A stretch of 64,000 nucleotides of DNA from Dudresnaya verticillata (GCA_977862235.1 OZ374559.1:1860001-1924000), one strand, 5' to 3'. Shown: positions 23,656 to 36,300, counted from the stretch's first letter. The notes: a model not told the origin generated them from the letters alone. Program-made: numbers and translations.

Positions 23656-24779
23656 TCACACATGGTCCTCGGCATATCGCACCCAACCAACCTCTCCTTT
23701 CCTGTGTCCCAAACACTTCTTAAGAATCTCTCGCAGTCCGTCATAGCCAGGATGCTGTGAGAATGTCTATGTCAGCTTCTCGATGCAGTCGAAGTATTTG
23801 ACGAGCCACGGAGATTCATGGCAATTGATTCCTATCTTCTTAAAGGTAAGGCAAGCTTCCCAGCCCCCACCGTGGCAGTTGCGAGCAATATGGCTCCAAG
23901 GAAGTTCACCTTTAGCCATCTCAAAGAGAACGTATCCAAGTGACTCAAGATCACTTGCCCGAGACTGGGGCTTGCGCTGGTGTGCTGCCTTTGAAGCGTA
24001 GAGAAGCGTTCCAAACACTTCTCGTTCATCTTGTTGCGGTGGGTTCTCCCAGCTTTCATATTCCACAGACATCCCGAAGTCAGCCAAGTACAGCTTATCT
24101 TGGCCATGCAGGTCTGTCAAAAAGTTTCCTGCTTTCACGTCCCGATGTACGTAACCGTTGTCGTGGAACCTCTCGAGACAGGTCAGCGCTCTGATTCCAA
24201 ACGTCAAAATACCGGTGAGGGTAAAGGTGCAATAGAAGCGTTGCCAGTAGTCTTGTACTGAAGGGCCGAGAATATCAATGGAAAGTACCTCATACTTGCC
24301 TGGGATCCGGCTGTACCCCCGGGCTCGCGGCATGAACTGATCTTCCGATTCCTGACCATGGCGATGGGCAAACTGTCGGTATATGTTGCGCTCATATCCT
24401 AGTTCAAATCCTGCGGTGTCCCGGATTAGTTGCACCTTCATCGCGATGTTTGTATGTTGATCGATTCAAAGTGTCCACTTCCTTTTTATACTGCACCAAA
24501 GCCACCCTGTCCGATTAGCTTTGTCAGTTTCCAACGATGAAAGAGGGTTTCAGACATACGCGGAAAACGTGGATCTGCTGGTTGTGGTGGGGAGGCGGTC
24601 TTATGCTTCATCGCTTCACCTTTGGCTTTGTCGAACCATTCCTTAATTACCTTATTTTCTTGCTGAACCGACTCCAGCTCTGCCCGAGTATCTTTCAGGT
24701 CTCACAATTCATCATTTTCCTGTTTGTCCTGGTTTTCGATGGTATTCCACCGAATCTGCTTGGTTTTCAAGCTCTCCAT
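23656..24779 (-). pseudogene. CK1-like kinase pseudogene
   Basis: Homologous to 1-860. Stop and +1 frameshift after GQGGFGAV, and a 6-nt insertion creating TAG after EKLT. Confidence 0.85.
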
Positions 24780-24899
24780 TGCTGTGTTTTCAAGCTCTCC
24801 ATTGCTGTGTTTAACTCTCTCTCTCTAAAGCAGAGTTCTTCGCAGAAACAGTTTGCTGTTGAGCCGCCAACTCTTTGTGCTTGCTATCTTTTTTTAAAA

Positions 24900-25730
24900 C
24901 AGGTAGCAAGCACACAGGCACCAGCACTCTGGGTGCCAGATCGTGTCAAAAGGGCCCGGCTTCTCTCCTGTGGTAGTTTGAAATGTCGTACGGCCTTGAC
25001 CGCATTCCCCGATCCACGCCGAGGCACCTCTGTATCACCTGCTATATGGGCTACCATGCTTGAATTGCATTTGGGCGCACGTGTAGTTGCGCCAGATCTC
25101 CCTTGTTCTGCTTGTCTCTCCATTTCTGGTCGCGTGGTTTCCCTTGGCCATTTCGGGTATCATGCCTCCACATGTCCCTGTGCCCAAGGCCCAACTCGGC
25201 GTCACAATTCTATTCTCGATCCCCTTTTTTCTCGTCTCCGACACCCGTCTATCGGGCTTCCTGTAACAAGAGAGCAGTCTTTTCGTTTCCAGGACGATCT
25301 TCGACGTTTCGGCTTGGTGTGGATGATCCTGCCTTTTCTGATTCATGCCTTAGATATGACCTTACTATTGTTGCTCCCTCTACTGCTCGCGCTGTGTCCA
25401 AGGCAGCTGTAGTTCCTGCAGGGGCCGCCGAAGTCGCTGAACGGGGAAGAATCGCAAGTATCGCACCGTTTGTGCAGCACATTCTCCTGCTCCCCGTCCC
25501 AACCCCACCCCCACTACCATCCTCCTCTATCCTCGCAGCACTGGCCCTCCGTTGGCACGATGTGCCGGTGCGCTTGTAAATGGGCCTATGTTGCCCGCGT
25601 AAGCTCACCTTTAACTTTGAGTAAAGATTTCCATCACATTCTATTTCGCTTCAGCCGCCGGGCTTTGACATCCACGGCGGCATTGGTCCCGAATTCCGTA
25701 CTGCACTCCAAAAGCTCGCTTCTTTCCTAG
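24900..25730 (+). mobile_element. Degenerate CRE-like non-LTR element 3' fragment (CCHC + RLE)
   Basis: LPCSAC..GYHASTC..TRRHN..YDLTIVAP, frameshifted. Related to the 1587-2417 element. Confidence 0.7.
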
Positions 25731-26779
25731 CCACGTGCCGGGGAACAAATCCTAGCACTCCATTCCCAATACCATTCGTTAGTTTTACCCCTGGTTTCCC
25801 GCATTCTCCAGCTCACAGCCCTCGCAATGAATCGTAGAGGTCCAGTTTGTCCAGGCCTTCCAATAGTCATCAGCTGCTGAGTCATTAGGGTTTTCCGCTG
25901 TTCGTCTTGCTTCAATAAAGTTTTGACGATGATGATGACACTCACGCGATTTGATCCCTTACTCGCAGCCCGCAGGTCTATTTCCCGCCAACGATTTAGA
26001 AAAATTCCGGTATGGCTTCATGGGGATTGAAAAGGGAAGGGGCGCGCTGAGGAAGGGAACGCTGACAAAAGGGAAAGTGATGAAGGACAGGATGAATGGG
26101 TACTGATAAGTTGGTAAGTGTTGTTGTAGTTCGATGTCTAAAACTGCTGCACCTCGAGAAGGTCAGTATAGATAGACCACAGTCTGCACAACAATGTAGT
26201 CTATAGCGTGAATAAAACTGCTGCACTAGACGTAACATAAACCTAACAAACAGCTAGTTCTATCAGACCGTAGCCGTGAACCGCTAGAAATAATCATAAC
26301 AACATATCTAGTATGTAAATGCCGACGGCTTGAACGATAAGCAGTAAAACAAATAGCTTGAACGGCAGTGCTTGAACGATAAACAGAAAACAAATAGTAG
26401 TGGTTCAGCCATGAGTGAACAGAACAGCTCTTTTCAAGCGAAGTTGTTCAGCGGAATCGCATTTTTCTGCTCTCATCGTTATTAGAAGCAAGATTTAGAA
26501 AATACCTGGAATACCGTACGCGGTGTCCAGTTGCTTGCAGATACACAAATGTGCCCACGTAACATTTCCATCTCATCTGCAAAAACGGCATCTTCAGCGC
26601 TGTGTCCAAATAGATCGGTGTGTGCCCCAAATTATCACCCCTTCGCGAATTCAATAAAGCTGTCATAAGTACGGGGGAATCATCGTCAGAACGGAGAGAT
26701 ATTCATCGACGTGTGCACGGGTATCACATGAACAAATGAGGTACGGTAGTAACGGGACGTTTATGCATTAGAACGCAAC

Positions 26780-27024
26780 TGTTGAAAGGTGTACAGGAGC
26801 TGTTCAACTTGTTGCACTTACTTCCCTGGGCTATTCCCAGTAAGCAGTCGCAGCTTGTCCTTTATGTGTCTTCTACCCTACTGGTAATTCCGAGAACCTA
26901 CTGTTCTTACAATTAGAACTACACCAACGCTAGCAATTAGACTTGCGCCAGTGCCTACAATTAGAAGTGCGCCATTTGCTCAAATTGCAGGGTCCAGCTC
27001 GTAAGTTGCAGTCAGACTTCAACA
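26780..27024 (-). repeat. 3' LTR of Copia
   Basis: Two mismatches (by eye) to 31343-31587. Adjacent PPT GAGGGGGAG at 27025-27033 (-). Confidence 0.97.
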
Positions 27025-30000
27025 CTCCCCCTCGAGCTGATCCATCTCTCTCATGTCTATTCCCAGTCTGTCGGTGAAGTACTTGTGCTTACTGGTCGGT
27101 AAGATCTTTGTCATTATGTCAGCAACCATTTGCTGAGTTGAAACGTATAGGAGTTTCACATTGCCCTTCTTGATATGGTCTCTAATAAAATGGTACTTTA
27201 CATCAATGTGTTTTGTCCGCTCATTGCAGATCTCATCCTTTCCTAATGCGATCGCGCCCTGATTGTCTGCGTATAGGGTGATTGATGGAATATCTCTGCC
27301 ATAAAAGTCGCGGTACATACGCCGTAGCCAGATGAGTTCCCTAACCGCAAATGACGTAGAGACGTACTCTGCTTCCACACTGGACTGAGCGACTATTGTT
27401 TGTTTCTTGCTGCGCCATGAGATGGCGCCACCAGCGCTTAGGAACACAAAGCCACTTGTCGACTTCCTATCCATTCTGTCTCCGGCAAAGTCTGAATCAC
27501 AGTATCCACATAGCGTTCTTCCATCCTTTGTACTTCTCTTGTAGACGAGGCCACCGTGTTGTGTGGCCTTTAAGTATCTTAGAATATGTTTGGCAGCATT
27601 CCAATGTACTGTATGGGGGTTATGCATGTATCTGGACAGAACGGCCACGCTATAAGCAATGTCCGGGCGTGTTGTATTGGCAAGGTGAAGAAGGGTGCCA
27701 ACAAGCTCACGGTATGGAACTCGCTCTGTCAGTTCTGGAGACCCCCCTTGCTTGTTGGATCCTGTTGCTTCCGCGTCCAATACGACGCCATGTGGTAATG
27801 GTGTTCTGGCCGGCCTGCAATAATTCATTCGGAACTTGCAGAGAATTGTGTCCACGATGTGCGCGTTGTACATTTTCACCGTACCATCCTTCACATCACG
27901 ACGGATAAGAATACCTATAAACTTTCTCACGTCCCGTTCCACTGTTATTGTAACCTTCTTTCCTATGGACATAGCTATGTCCATAAGCTTGTTGCCATCT
28001 TTCCCGGCTAGTAGCATATCATCTACATAGACAAGCACGTACACTTTCCGATTACCATAATGTAGTATGTATAACGTCGGATCGGTTTGAGACTGCATAA
28101 ACCCCAAGGAACGAAGAAGGCTGTCAATGGTTCTGCGCCATGCGCGGGAAGCCTGTTTAAGTCCGTAAAGTGCCTTGATAAGCTTGTACACGTATTGCGG
28201 GTTAGCCACGTCAATAAAGCCTTTGGGTTGCTCGAGAAAAATTACCTCATCTAGTTTCCCATTCAAAAACGCTGTCTTGACGTCGAGCTGAAGTAGCTCC
28301 AAGTCCTCATCTGTTGCAAAAGCCAGGAGGTACCTTAGCGAGGAGTACCTCGCTACCGGCGAAAAGGTCTCATTGTAGTCAATTCCATGCTGTTGCTCAT
28401 ATCCTCTCGCTACGAGTCTAGCTTTACGACGTGTCAAATTGTTCTTAGAGTCTCTTTTCTCCACGAAAGTCCACTTCGGTGTGAGTGGCTTGACATTTGA
28501 TGGGCGAGGCACAAGTTCCCATGCCTTCATTGAATTTATGGAGGATATCTCCTCGGCCATAGCTTCTTTCCATGCATCCTTTTCGGGAGTTTCCAAAGCT
28601 TCCTCGTACGTCAGAGGTGCCTCTGGTGTTTCGTTCCCAAGTCGCGCCGCCAATGCTATGTTGGCTGAGGGATTGTATCTTGTAGGAGCTTGTGAGACTC
28701 TTGACGACCGGCGAACGTCGGGAAAATGTGTAACATCTTGCATATCTTCCTCTTCTATGTCTGAATTGTCTTCTCCAACTTTTTCTGTGCTTTGTAGTCC
28801 TGGTCCTGGAGATTCCTTTCTACATTCTTCTGAGTCCACATCTGAGGCTTCCTGCAATTCAATTTCTTGACATTTCTTCTCATCATTTTCGGTTATACTG
28901 TGTTCCTTGAGAGTTTCCGAAAATATCCCTTCATCAAATGTTACATCCCTGGATATTTCTACAGTTCCTTTCTCTGGAAAATATACTTTGTAACTGTTAC
29001 CATTTCCATATCCAACTAGAATACCTTTTCGAGCTCTTGGTCCAAACTTCTCCTTCCTCTTCTTCTTAGGTGTATGGACGTAGGCCTTAGAGCCAAATAT
29101 TCGAAGATGCGATAGGTCAGGTTTACGACCAGTAACAGCCTCAAATGGTGTCTTATTTTCTTGTTTGCAAGCTCTCGTGAACATTCTATTACGAAGATAG
29201 TTCGCAGTGTTTACTGCTTCTGCCCACAGTTTCTTGTGTCCAATTTCACCATAAATGTTGGTTAACATGCTCCTGGCCATGTCCATCAGGGTCCTATTAA
29301 GCCTCTCTGCTTTTCCATTGGATTCCGGTGAATATGGGGAGGAGAGCTCTTGGATTGTACCTCGGTCAGAAAGCCACTTTGTAAAGTTGTTTGAGATGAA
29401 CTCCTTCGCATTGTCAGAACGAAGTCGCTTCAATTTTTCAAGGGGTAGTTTTTCTTGATTTGGTAATAGCCTGCGAATGATAACTCGTTGAATTTTGATC
29501 CCAGCTACGGTTTCAAGTTCAGTTATCATGTCCTTGAGATGTTTTCCGGCCGCCTTTCTTGTGTCAAAAAATCTTATCAACGACAAAGCACAAGAGTCTT
29601 CATATAGAGTTATGAAGTACCTGGAACCATTGAGTGATGTTGTCTCAACAGGTCCAACGATATCCACATGAGCCAGGTCCAGTAGCTTCGTATTATTTCT
29701 GTCTTCCTCTTTCATAGCTGGTCTGACACTGCGCTTGGACTTCGTTTTCGCGCATTTTTCGCATGTGCCTATTGAGTGAGCGTCTTTGATATCAATACCT
29801 GATACAATTGGTATGCTCTTCTGTACTGTCTCCTTCCCAACATGGCCAAGTCTTTCGTGCCACAACACTTGTTTTTCAGCAGTGGACATATTGGTTCGTG
29901 CAGTTACTGACTTGTAAGTAGTCTTCGGGTCAGGTTCGAAGTTGACCTCATATAGCCCTTCAGTTTCAATTCCCTTCAGAATAATACCTTTGTCTCCCTT

Positions 30001-31200
30001 ATTTGTCACCAAACAGACTCCTCTCCCATTCTCGTCGGTGTCGAAGGAAACGAGTAGGCCAGCTTGTCTCAGTTTGCTTACCGATATTAGGTTGCACATG
30101 CGATTAGGGACAAATAAAACGTCCTTCATCCTGATGTTAGTCGTTTTTCCCTCTACATTAACAGCACCACTGATGTATCCAATTCCTTTCACTTCGGCTT
30201 TTGCACCATTTCCCACAGAAACTGATTTCGAGTCCTCATTGATCTCTTTGAACATGTTCTGCTGGTTACACATATTAGAAGTTGCACCTGAGTTTATTAG
30301 CCACTTGTTCTTAAAACTTTGAGGCCCTTTGGCATTAGTGCTCATGCACCTTGAAACAAATGTGATGTATCCTGATCCTGGGTTAGGGTTAGAATTCCCT
30401 TGTTCTCCCCGATTACCATCCTTCTCTTGTTTCTTCTGTCCTTTGAACTTCCCGTTTCTGTTCCCATTTCTAGGGCGGTAGTTCTTGCTCTCTGGATTAC
30501 AAAAGCACTCAGACTTCTTATGCCCTTTCTTACCGCAGTAGTGGCATTTAATGTTTTTCCAGTAACTGTCTAGTGCCTTGGTGGATGTCTCTTCATCATT
30601 ATCCTCACCATCTTCTTCCTTCTTGGTTGCCTCTCTCAGTATTAACTGAGACAAGGCCTGTGAGTATGATAGTTCAGTGATCCTAATGACTGCTCGAGTA
30701 ATTTGGAAGTCATCCGTAAGCCCTCGCAGCAAGGCACGCATTTTCTCCGCGTCCTTAAGAACATGGCCTACAGACGTGAGTTTGCTTTCTACAGCACTCA
30801 ACCGACTGATGTATGCCATTAGTTTCTCACCATGCTTCATCTTAAGGCCTTGGTACTCTGTAAGATAGGCGTCTATAGAGGCTTCTGATACTGCTTCAAA
30901 CGTTTTCTTGAGCTTTCCCCAAATCTCCTTGGGATCCTTCAGGTCGATCACGGTAGCACATACAGTGTCATCTATGGATAAAAGTATATAGCTAAGTGCT
31001 TGGTCTTTTCTTCTGCTGAACTTCTTAAGCTCTTCTCTATCTGAGTCTTCCGGTTGGTCTTCTTCTCCTGAGACCACACCCCATAGCCCTTTTCCTCTCA
31101 GCACCACTTCGATCTTCCTTGACCAAATATAGTAGTTGCTGGCATTGAGTTTCTCGATACGGAATCTGGATGTCTCAACCGTATCATCTTCTCTGCCCAT
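27019..31200 (-). CDS. Copia gag-pol polyprotein (Gag, CCHC knuckle, protease, integrase, RT, RNase H)
   Basis: CHYCGKKGHKKSEC; WLINSGAT; WHERLGH..CEKC; HVD..SDN..AER; QLDVKTAFL; YVDD; YCDSDFAGD..EAEY..DNQGA..ADIMTK. Likely start MGREDD. Confidence 0.96.
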   Translation of the reverse strand: MGREDDTVETSRFRIEKLNASNYYIWSRKIEVVLRGKGLWGVVSGEEDQPEDSDREELKKFSRRKDQALSYILLSIDDTVCATVIDLKDPKEIWGKLKKTFEAVSEASIDAYLTEYQGLKMKHGEKLMAYISRLSAVESKLTSVGHVLKDAEKMRALLRGLTDDFQITRAVIRITELSYSQALSQLILREATKKEEDGEDNDEETSTKALDSYWKNIKCHYCGKKGHKKSECFCNPESKNYRPRNGNRNGKFKGQKKQEKDGNRGEQGNSNPNPGSGYITFVSRCMSTNAKGPQSFKNKWLINSGATSNMCNQQNMFKEINEDSKSVSVGNGAKAEVKGIGYISGAVNVEGKTTNIRMKDVLFVPNRMCNLISVSKLRQAGLLVSFDTDENGRGVCLVTNKGDKGIILKGIETEGLYEVNFEPDPKTTYKSVTARTNMSTAEKQVLWHERLGHVGKETVQKSIPIVSGIDIKDAHSIGTCEKCAKTKSKRSVRPAMKEEDRNNTKLLDLAHVDIVGPVETTSLNGSRYFITLYEDSCALSLIRFFDTRKAAGKHLKDMITELETVAGIKIQRVIIRRLLPNQEKLPLEKLKRLRSDNAKEFISNNFTKWLSDRGTIQELSSPYSPESNGKAERLNRTLMDMARSMLTNIYGEIGHKKLWAEAVNTANYLRNRMFTRACKQENKTPFEAVTGRKPDLSHLRIFGSKAYVHTPKKKRKEKFGPRARKGILVGYGNGNSYKVYFPEKGTVEISRDVTFDEGIFSETLKEHSITENDEKKCQEIELQEASDVDSEECRKESPGPGLQSTEKVGEDNSDIEEEDMQDVTHFPDVRRSSRVSQAPTRYNPSANIALAARLGNETPEAPLTYEEALETPEKDAWKEAMAEEISSINSMKAWELVPRPSNVKPLTPKWTFVEKRDSKNNLTRRKARLVARGYEQQHGIDYNETFSPVARYSSLRYLLAFATDEDLELLQLDVKTAFLNGKLDEVIFLEQPKGFIDVANPQYVYKLIKALYGLKQASRAWRRTIDSLLRSLGFMQSQTDPTLYILHYGNRKVYVLVYVDDMLLAGKDGNKLMDIAMSIGKKVTITVERDVRKFIGILIRRDVKDGTVKMYNAHIVDTILCKFRMNYCRPARTPLPHGVVLDAEATGSNKQGGSPELTERVPYRELVGTLLHLANTTRPDIAYSVAVLSRYMHNPHTVHWNAAKHILRYLKATQHGGLVYKRSTKDGRTLCGYCDSDFAGDRMDRKSTSGFVFLSAGGAISWRSKKQTIVAQSSVEAEYVSTSFAVRELIWLRRMYRDFYGRDIPSITLYADNQGAIALGKDEICNERTKHIDVKYHFIRDHIKKGNVKLLYVSTQQMVADIMTKILPTSKHKYFTDRLGIDMREMDQLEGEC

Positions 31201-31328
31201 GTTGAACTGACCTGGCTTTCTTGGTTCACACAGCAACGCTCGCCTAGAGGCGGCGCGCTTCAACGACGGCTCAAACCAAGTTGTAGCGGTTTCAAAGTAC
31301 TTGATTACGCAGACTTAGTGACGCTGCT

Positions 31329-31342
31329 CTGGGCCCATAACC
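31329..31342 (-). promoter_or_regulatory. Copia primer-binding site (half-tRNA iMet type)
   Basis: GGTTATGGGCCCAG immediately after the 5' LTR, as in Drosophila copia. Confidence 0.9.
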
Positions 31343-31587
31343 TGTTGAAAGGTGTACGGGAGCTGTTCAACTTGTTGCACTTACTTGCCTGGGCTATTCC
31401 CAGTAAGCAGTCGCAGCTTGTCCTTTATGTGTCTTCTACCCTACTGGTAATTCCGAGAACCTACTGTTCTTACAATTAGAACTACACCAACGCTAGCAAT
31501 TAGACTTGCGCCAGTGCCTACAATTAGAAGTGCGCCATTTGCTCAAATTGCAGGGTCCAGCTCGTAAGTTGCAGTCAGACTTCAACA
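31343..31587 (-). repeat. 5' LTR of Copia
   Basis: Matches 26780-27024. Confidence 0.97.
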
Positions 31588-32996
31588 GCAACAAACACAA
31601 TGCGCCAACATCTTGTGAAGACTGTTGAGAAGTAATTGGGTCCCTGCGTCGGTTCTAGTCCTATAAGTTGAAAAGTTGAAACAACAATACAAAACCACTC
31701 TTAATATAGTTCGACTGCTGGTATTGCACGCAGATAAATGTATGCATTCCGTTCACGGATACCGATTGAGGGAATGTTTAGATGAACCTGCAGCAAGGTC
31801 TGGAAGTGAATATTATGATTCCGTCCTAATGAACCAACTAAGATATTCTGGCAACAGGACGTCAAGAACTACATTTGGCGCACCCACGACAAGCCAGTTT
31901 TGTTTCTATATGTTTGTATATGCATTGCACCGCACGTCTAAGCAAATATATGCCTAGCAGAGGATACAATGGATCAGTGGTGGCCTTGTTGCTTCGTCCA
32001 GAAGTGGACTCGGGCTTAATTCCCGACGGTTCGACGTCGAGAAACGCAGACTTTCGCCAGAAACATTAGCAACAAATTCAATATCGCATGCACTTGCAAA
32101 GGTGTAAGACCTCATTTTCAGTATGCCGTTGAATATATAAAACATTAGCATGAGCGGAATGGCTCTTACGCGGGCTAACGAAGAACGGCTGGAGTCAAAC
32201 GAAGACGAAATCCTACATTCAAGAGCGATGTCAATTAAGACCGAGATTGAAGCTATGGTCATAAAAATCCCATCAAGCATCCGTTCCGAAACAAGTCAGT
32301 GAAACAATACCTTCATTTCGCATCGCATTATTAATATACGGCAAAGTTCCAAGCATGTGGACAAAGCATAAATCTATGATAACTCATGCAGTCTATAGAT
32401 GCTCTCTTAGCCTAATAGATTATTTTTACCGAGGGAGCATTACCTTACCGTATATATTTTCCGGAAGGTAACATGACTCAACGTTTGTAACCATCATTGG
32501 GATTAAAGACTTCGTGACTGGCAGATCTACCTCACCAAATATCCCACAATGCCCATCACTGCGATTTCCTTCGCCGTTCGCTTCAACAGCTTCAGCAGAT
32601 GGAAACATTGGGACAGGATTTGTATGGACAAAAGTTGGAGATATGAAGTAGGTTTGCAGGATTCCCTTCTTCAAAGAGCTGAATGATTAGCCTTCTTTAA
32701 CATCGCGATAGAAAATCCAAAGAGAGTCAGTAAGTACTACACTTGGTATCCAAAAGAGGGGGCCATTCCATCCACAATTGCAGAAAAGGAGCATGTATCC
32801 TTTTATCAAAGCGAGATGTCTTCCCTAATGGATGCTATCTACTAGTACCAAAGAAAGTACACGATCATGAATCAGTAGTCCAACTCTAACGCATTTCACA
32901 GCAATAGTTATTGCAATAAGAGGCTATTTGGGAACTAAAACAATCTTATTCGTGAATTGCTTGTCCAGCTAAAAGGAGAAAAAGACCACAAAAAAC

Positions 32997-33371
32997 TTAG
33001 CAACAGCACATGACCCGATCTCCACTACATTTCTGTGGCTGCAGCCAGCACCTTCGTTCAGAGAACCTTCTGCACTGTTGAACTGCAATTGCATGCGTCG
33101 TGCATCTGCACGGGCACGCCGCCGGAGGGGGAGGCGGTGGTCGAGGAGCGGTACTATAATAGCCCTGGCGAACAGTAATGGCATTGAAGCGGCCATCACG
33201 TTGCTCAGAAGGAAAGGCTGGGATCTCTGCAGCGTTCTCGCCTTGAGTGACGAGCATATTTTTCTTGACCTTGACGGTTTCTGTCTTCTGGTCACCGGAA
33301 ATAAATCGTCCATTTGATGCATGTAGAGCTGCGAATGCTAGGCAGATGCAGAGCATAGCGGTAATCTTCAT
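32997..33371 (-). CDS. Secreted Cys-rich prepropeptide (124 aa), copy A
   Basis: Signal MKITAMLCICLAFAALHASNG, pro-region, poly-Pro, 9-Cys C-terminus ending CCC. TATATAAA at 33479-33486. Confidence 0.8.
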   Translation of the reverse strand: MKITAMLCICLAFAALHASNGRFISGDQKTETVKVKKNMLVTQGENAAEIPAFPSEQRDGRFNAITVRQGYYSTAPRPPPPPPAACPCRCTTHAIAVQQCRRFSERRCWLQPQKCSGDRVMCCC

Positions 33372-36300
33372 GGTGTGGGGTGGACTTGGAAAGCTTTTCT
33401 GAATTGATGTTGTATTCAGGTGCAACTGAGTGTTGCGTGTCTGATGAATGAATCCCACAAACTGGGATGCGTCGTTGCTTTATATAGTGTTCAGGACCAG
33501 GATAGGGAGAGGCGATTTGTTGGAGATTCTGATTTCATGGCCGCTGAAGCTCCTAGCCCTCTGGTATATTCATGCGCAGCACGTCTGGTTGACCTGGTCC
33601 TGGTTGCCGTCAAACAGGAACCAAATGGGACAGCAATAATACTTGACTAGCAGGGATTACTTTTCTCTTCAATTCTATTTCGTAGATGGGCCTGGGAGGT
33701 GAGAGGGTTGTTTGCTGTTTGTCTTTGTTGCAATACAAAGATGCAGTAAACTGCTTTCGCGGGCTAAACATTCAAGTATGCCGACTGCAATTATTAGCGC
33801 TTGGTTATTAGATCCTTTTCCCTTCTCCCCTCAGGAAGGATACGTAGTTATGAAGTCATAGAGCTATTCCTGGTTACTGGGAATGCGTATGAAGCATTTT
33901 CGGTACTTTGAAACTTTTCCGGAGAAGAGGAATGATGGAGAAATAAAACGGCACGGGCTCTCTTGAACACTCTTGCAGGGCGAGAAAAAAGATGGCGAAT
34001 GCCGGAGCGCTGCAAAATGGTGCTAGCAAGAGATCCTTGAAGGAGAGCCCAGCTGATGTTTTTGGCTGGGGGAAGTTCATCCCGGGTAAGAAGGTGGGGT
34101 TGGCAGTTTGACACTAGCAGATCTACGGGAGAGACTGCAAATGGGCCTGGAAAAGGTGACACGAGAACCATCAAAGCACTACAACTTCCATATTGGAATT
34201 CTGTTGCAAATAAGTCCAACATGCCGTAGTGTTGCGGCCTCACGGGCTCTGTGCTCGAAGAGAAACCATGGGCTTTATGCCATACTCGAGATAATAAATA
34301 ATGAAGCATCTGTTAAAAACCCGTGGGAAGAGAAAACAAGATAACACTCTACGTTGAACTCCTTTGAGAACACTTCTGCAATATGAAAGTTTATTTCTTT
34401 GTATTGTGCAGAACGAGAGTGGGGAACTTTTCTTTTGTATTTAGTGCTTCTGCGACGGATCTGGATGGTACTGTGAAGGTTTATTTATCATAGAGCCTTC
34501 GGAGATGCAGAAGAAAGCATCCACGACACGTACCATTACATATTGAAATACACGTCGATTGTCGCCGAGGACTCTTAAAACCCTCGGAAGGAGAGTAGCG
34601 ATTATGCGTCCTGGATATTATGTGCATCAGTCATGATCTCATTCATTGCTATCCTCTATCTGAACACCTCCATGGGGGGTGCCTGTTCTATAATGGAGAA
34701 CATCACGGTGCAGAGCTGCCATTTGAAACATTAGCTTGAATCTGTTCAAGCTCTGTGATCGCAGCGTTGAGGCTTTCGAACGATGCTTGAAAGGAGATGA
34801 CGAGGTGCACCGACGAAAATACGTAGTTTCTCTGGACTTCTTGTCAATTGAATTGCAACGTTTTTGGTGAAGCAGTTTCCAGACAGCGCCGTGCTGCATA
34901 CGCAGGCCTGTCATCCTACGGAGCAGAGCGCAAGTTAAAACGAATACTAAACTCTTCACATGCAGACACAGCATGAGCATGCTCGCGGTACTAACTTTTG
35001 TCAAAGGATGACAGTATTTCAGCATGTTGCAACACAGAACAGCCCGCGTTTCAAACGCGGTTTTAATGACTCCTGTATCCAGACTCCTCGAGTACCGTTT
35101 GTGTGTTGTGATACACGCGTAACGAATCAGCAGATGTAATCCCCAGCTTAGTACCTATTGCGACCTTGGACGACGATGGAAGTACCTGTCGAACCTACAA
35201 GGATGAGAGATCAAATTTTGTACATCTCAGGTGGGATGACCCCTGCTTTGCTTCAAATCCAACGAGGGAGAGAGATTAACTCTTCTTAAGAAAATATCCT
35301 TCAGATGAACTAGTGATTTATCCCCTTCGCTTCCTACGTACCCTGGATGTTAGGCCCTTCCAGGGGGCCAGGTCAATCCATAGATTTGAATAAAGGTTCT
35401 TTTTATTGCATTTGTCCTTGTGCAACAACGGGATGGTTTGTATTGGGACTGGCAACGGGTTTGAATAATGCTAGCCAAAGGCACCAACCCTAGCTTGCAG
35501 TACGTCGTGGACCTTTCCAAATACATAGCCAACTGTACATCGCCTGATCTTCCCCATAACATGTACGTGCAACAGGCATTTCAGAACGTCGAAAGTTCAA
35601 GGGTTTCAGCTGAGGATCTCAAAGTGGCGACAAGTGGGTATGCTGGCTATATGTAGTACTGAAGTTGAATATATCTTTTGTACATTGACGATAACAACTC
35701 TTCAGAATATAAAGATTCAGAAAACGCCAATGAGGTTCAGAAACAAATTAGTAACATGTGCATTAACAGGAACCTACCGGTATTGCGATTCATAGCAATA
35801 TAGAAAATATTCGCCAAGTGGGGATTATTTGTTCGCTTCTGGAGTATTGTGACACTCGATGCCTCCCTCGCAGCTCGTTTGCAATGTCGTAAAAACGTCG
35901 TTATTGAGAGGCAGACATTTAACTTAATTCAGATATGAGATGCACTGAGAATATCGAAAGACTCGGCATATACGGAAGGTACTAAAGAGAGCCCGATGTC
36001 TTCATTTGGTTTCTAGTACGTGGGCAACTTCCCAAATCCTTCCATAGGCAGTTAATGACTTGGCTGAGTATGACCAATGCGCACCGATTCTCACTACTCG
36101 CCCAGTCATCAATGAACAATCCATACCGACAGCGAAGCCATTGTGCATAGTTGTCCGACAGACCAAGTCTCTTGATCCAAACTGCAACAGCAGCGGTGTT
36201 GTGGATCAAGTGCTTTGTGCGTCACAATGTCTAAACCGTTCCCACTGGAGGCGTGGCGCCGAAGGGCGGTCGCGTGCGCTCTGACGAGGGACGCGCAACG

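Larger units (their letters stand above)
26780..31587 (-). mobile_element. Full-length Ty1/Copia LTR retrotransposon
   Basis: 245-bp LTRs with TGTTGAA..TTCAACA ends, 5-bp TSD GCAAC (26775-26779, 31588-31592), PBS, PPT and a single gag-pol ORF. Empty site at about 46697-46701. Confidence 0.98.
23245..35114 (-). repeat. Left arm of large inverted repeat (reverse complement of about 43198-50209), interrupted by Copia
   Basis: Mirrored ORFs (34639/43673, 33848/44464; coordinate sum 78312 in the inner part). Inner breakpoint 35114/43198. Confidence 0.93.

Noticed and set aside
31201..31263. Extended start of the Copia ORF
   Set aside because: Non-ATG start in the leader; the first ATG is at 31200.
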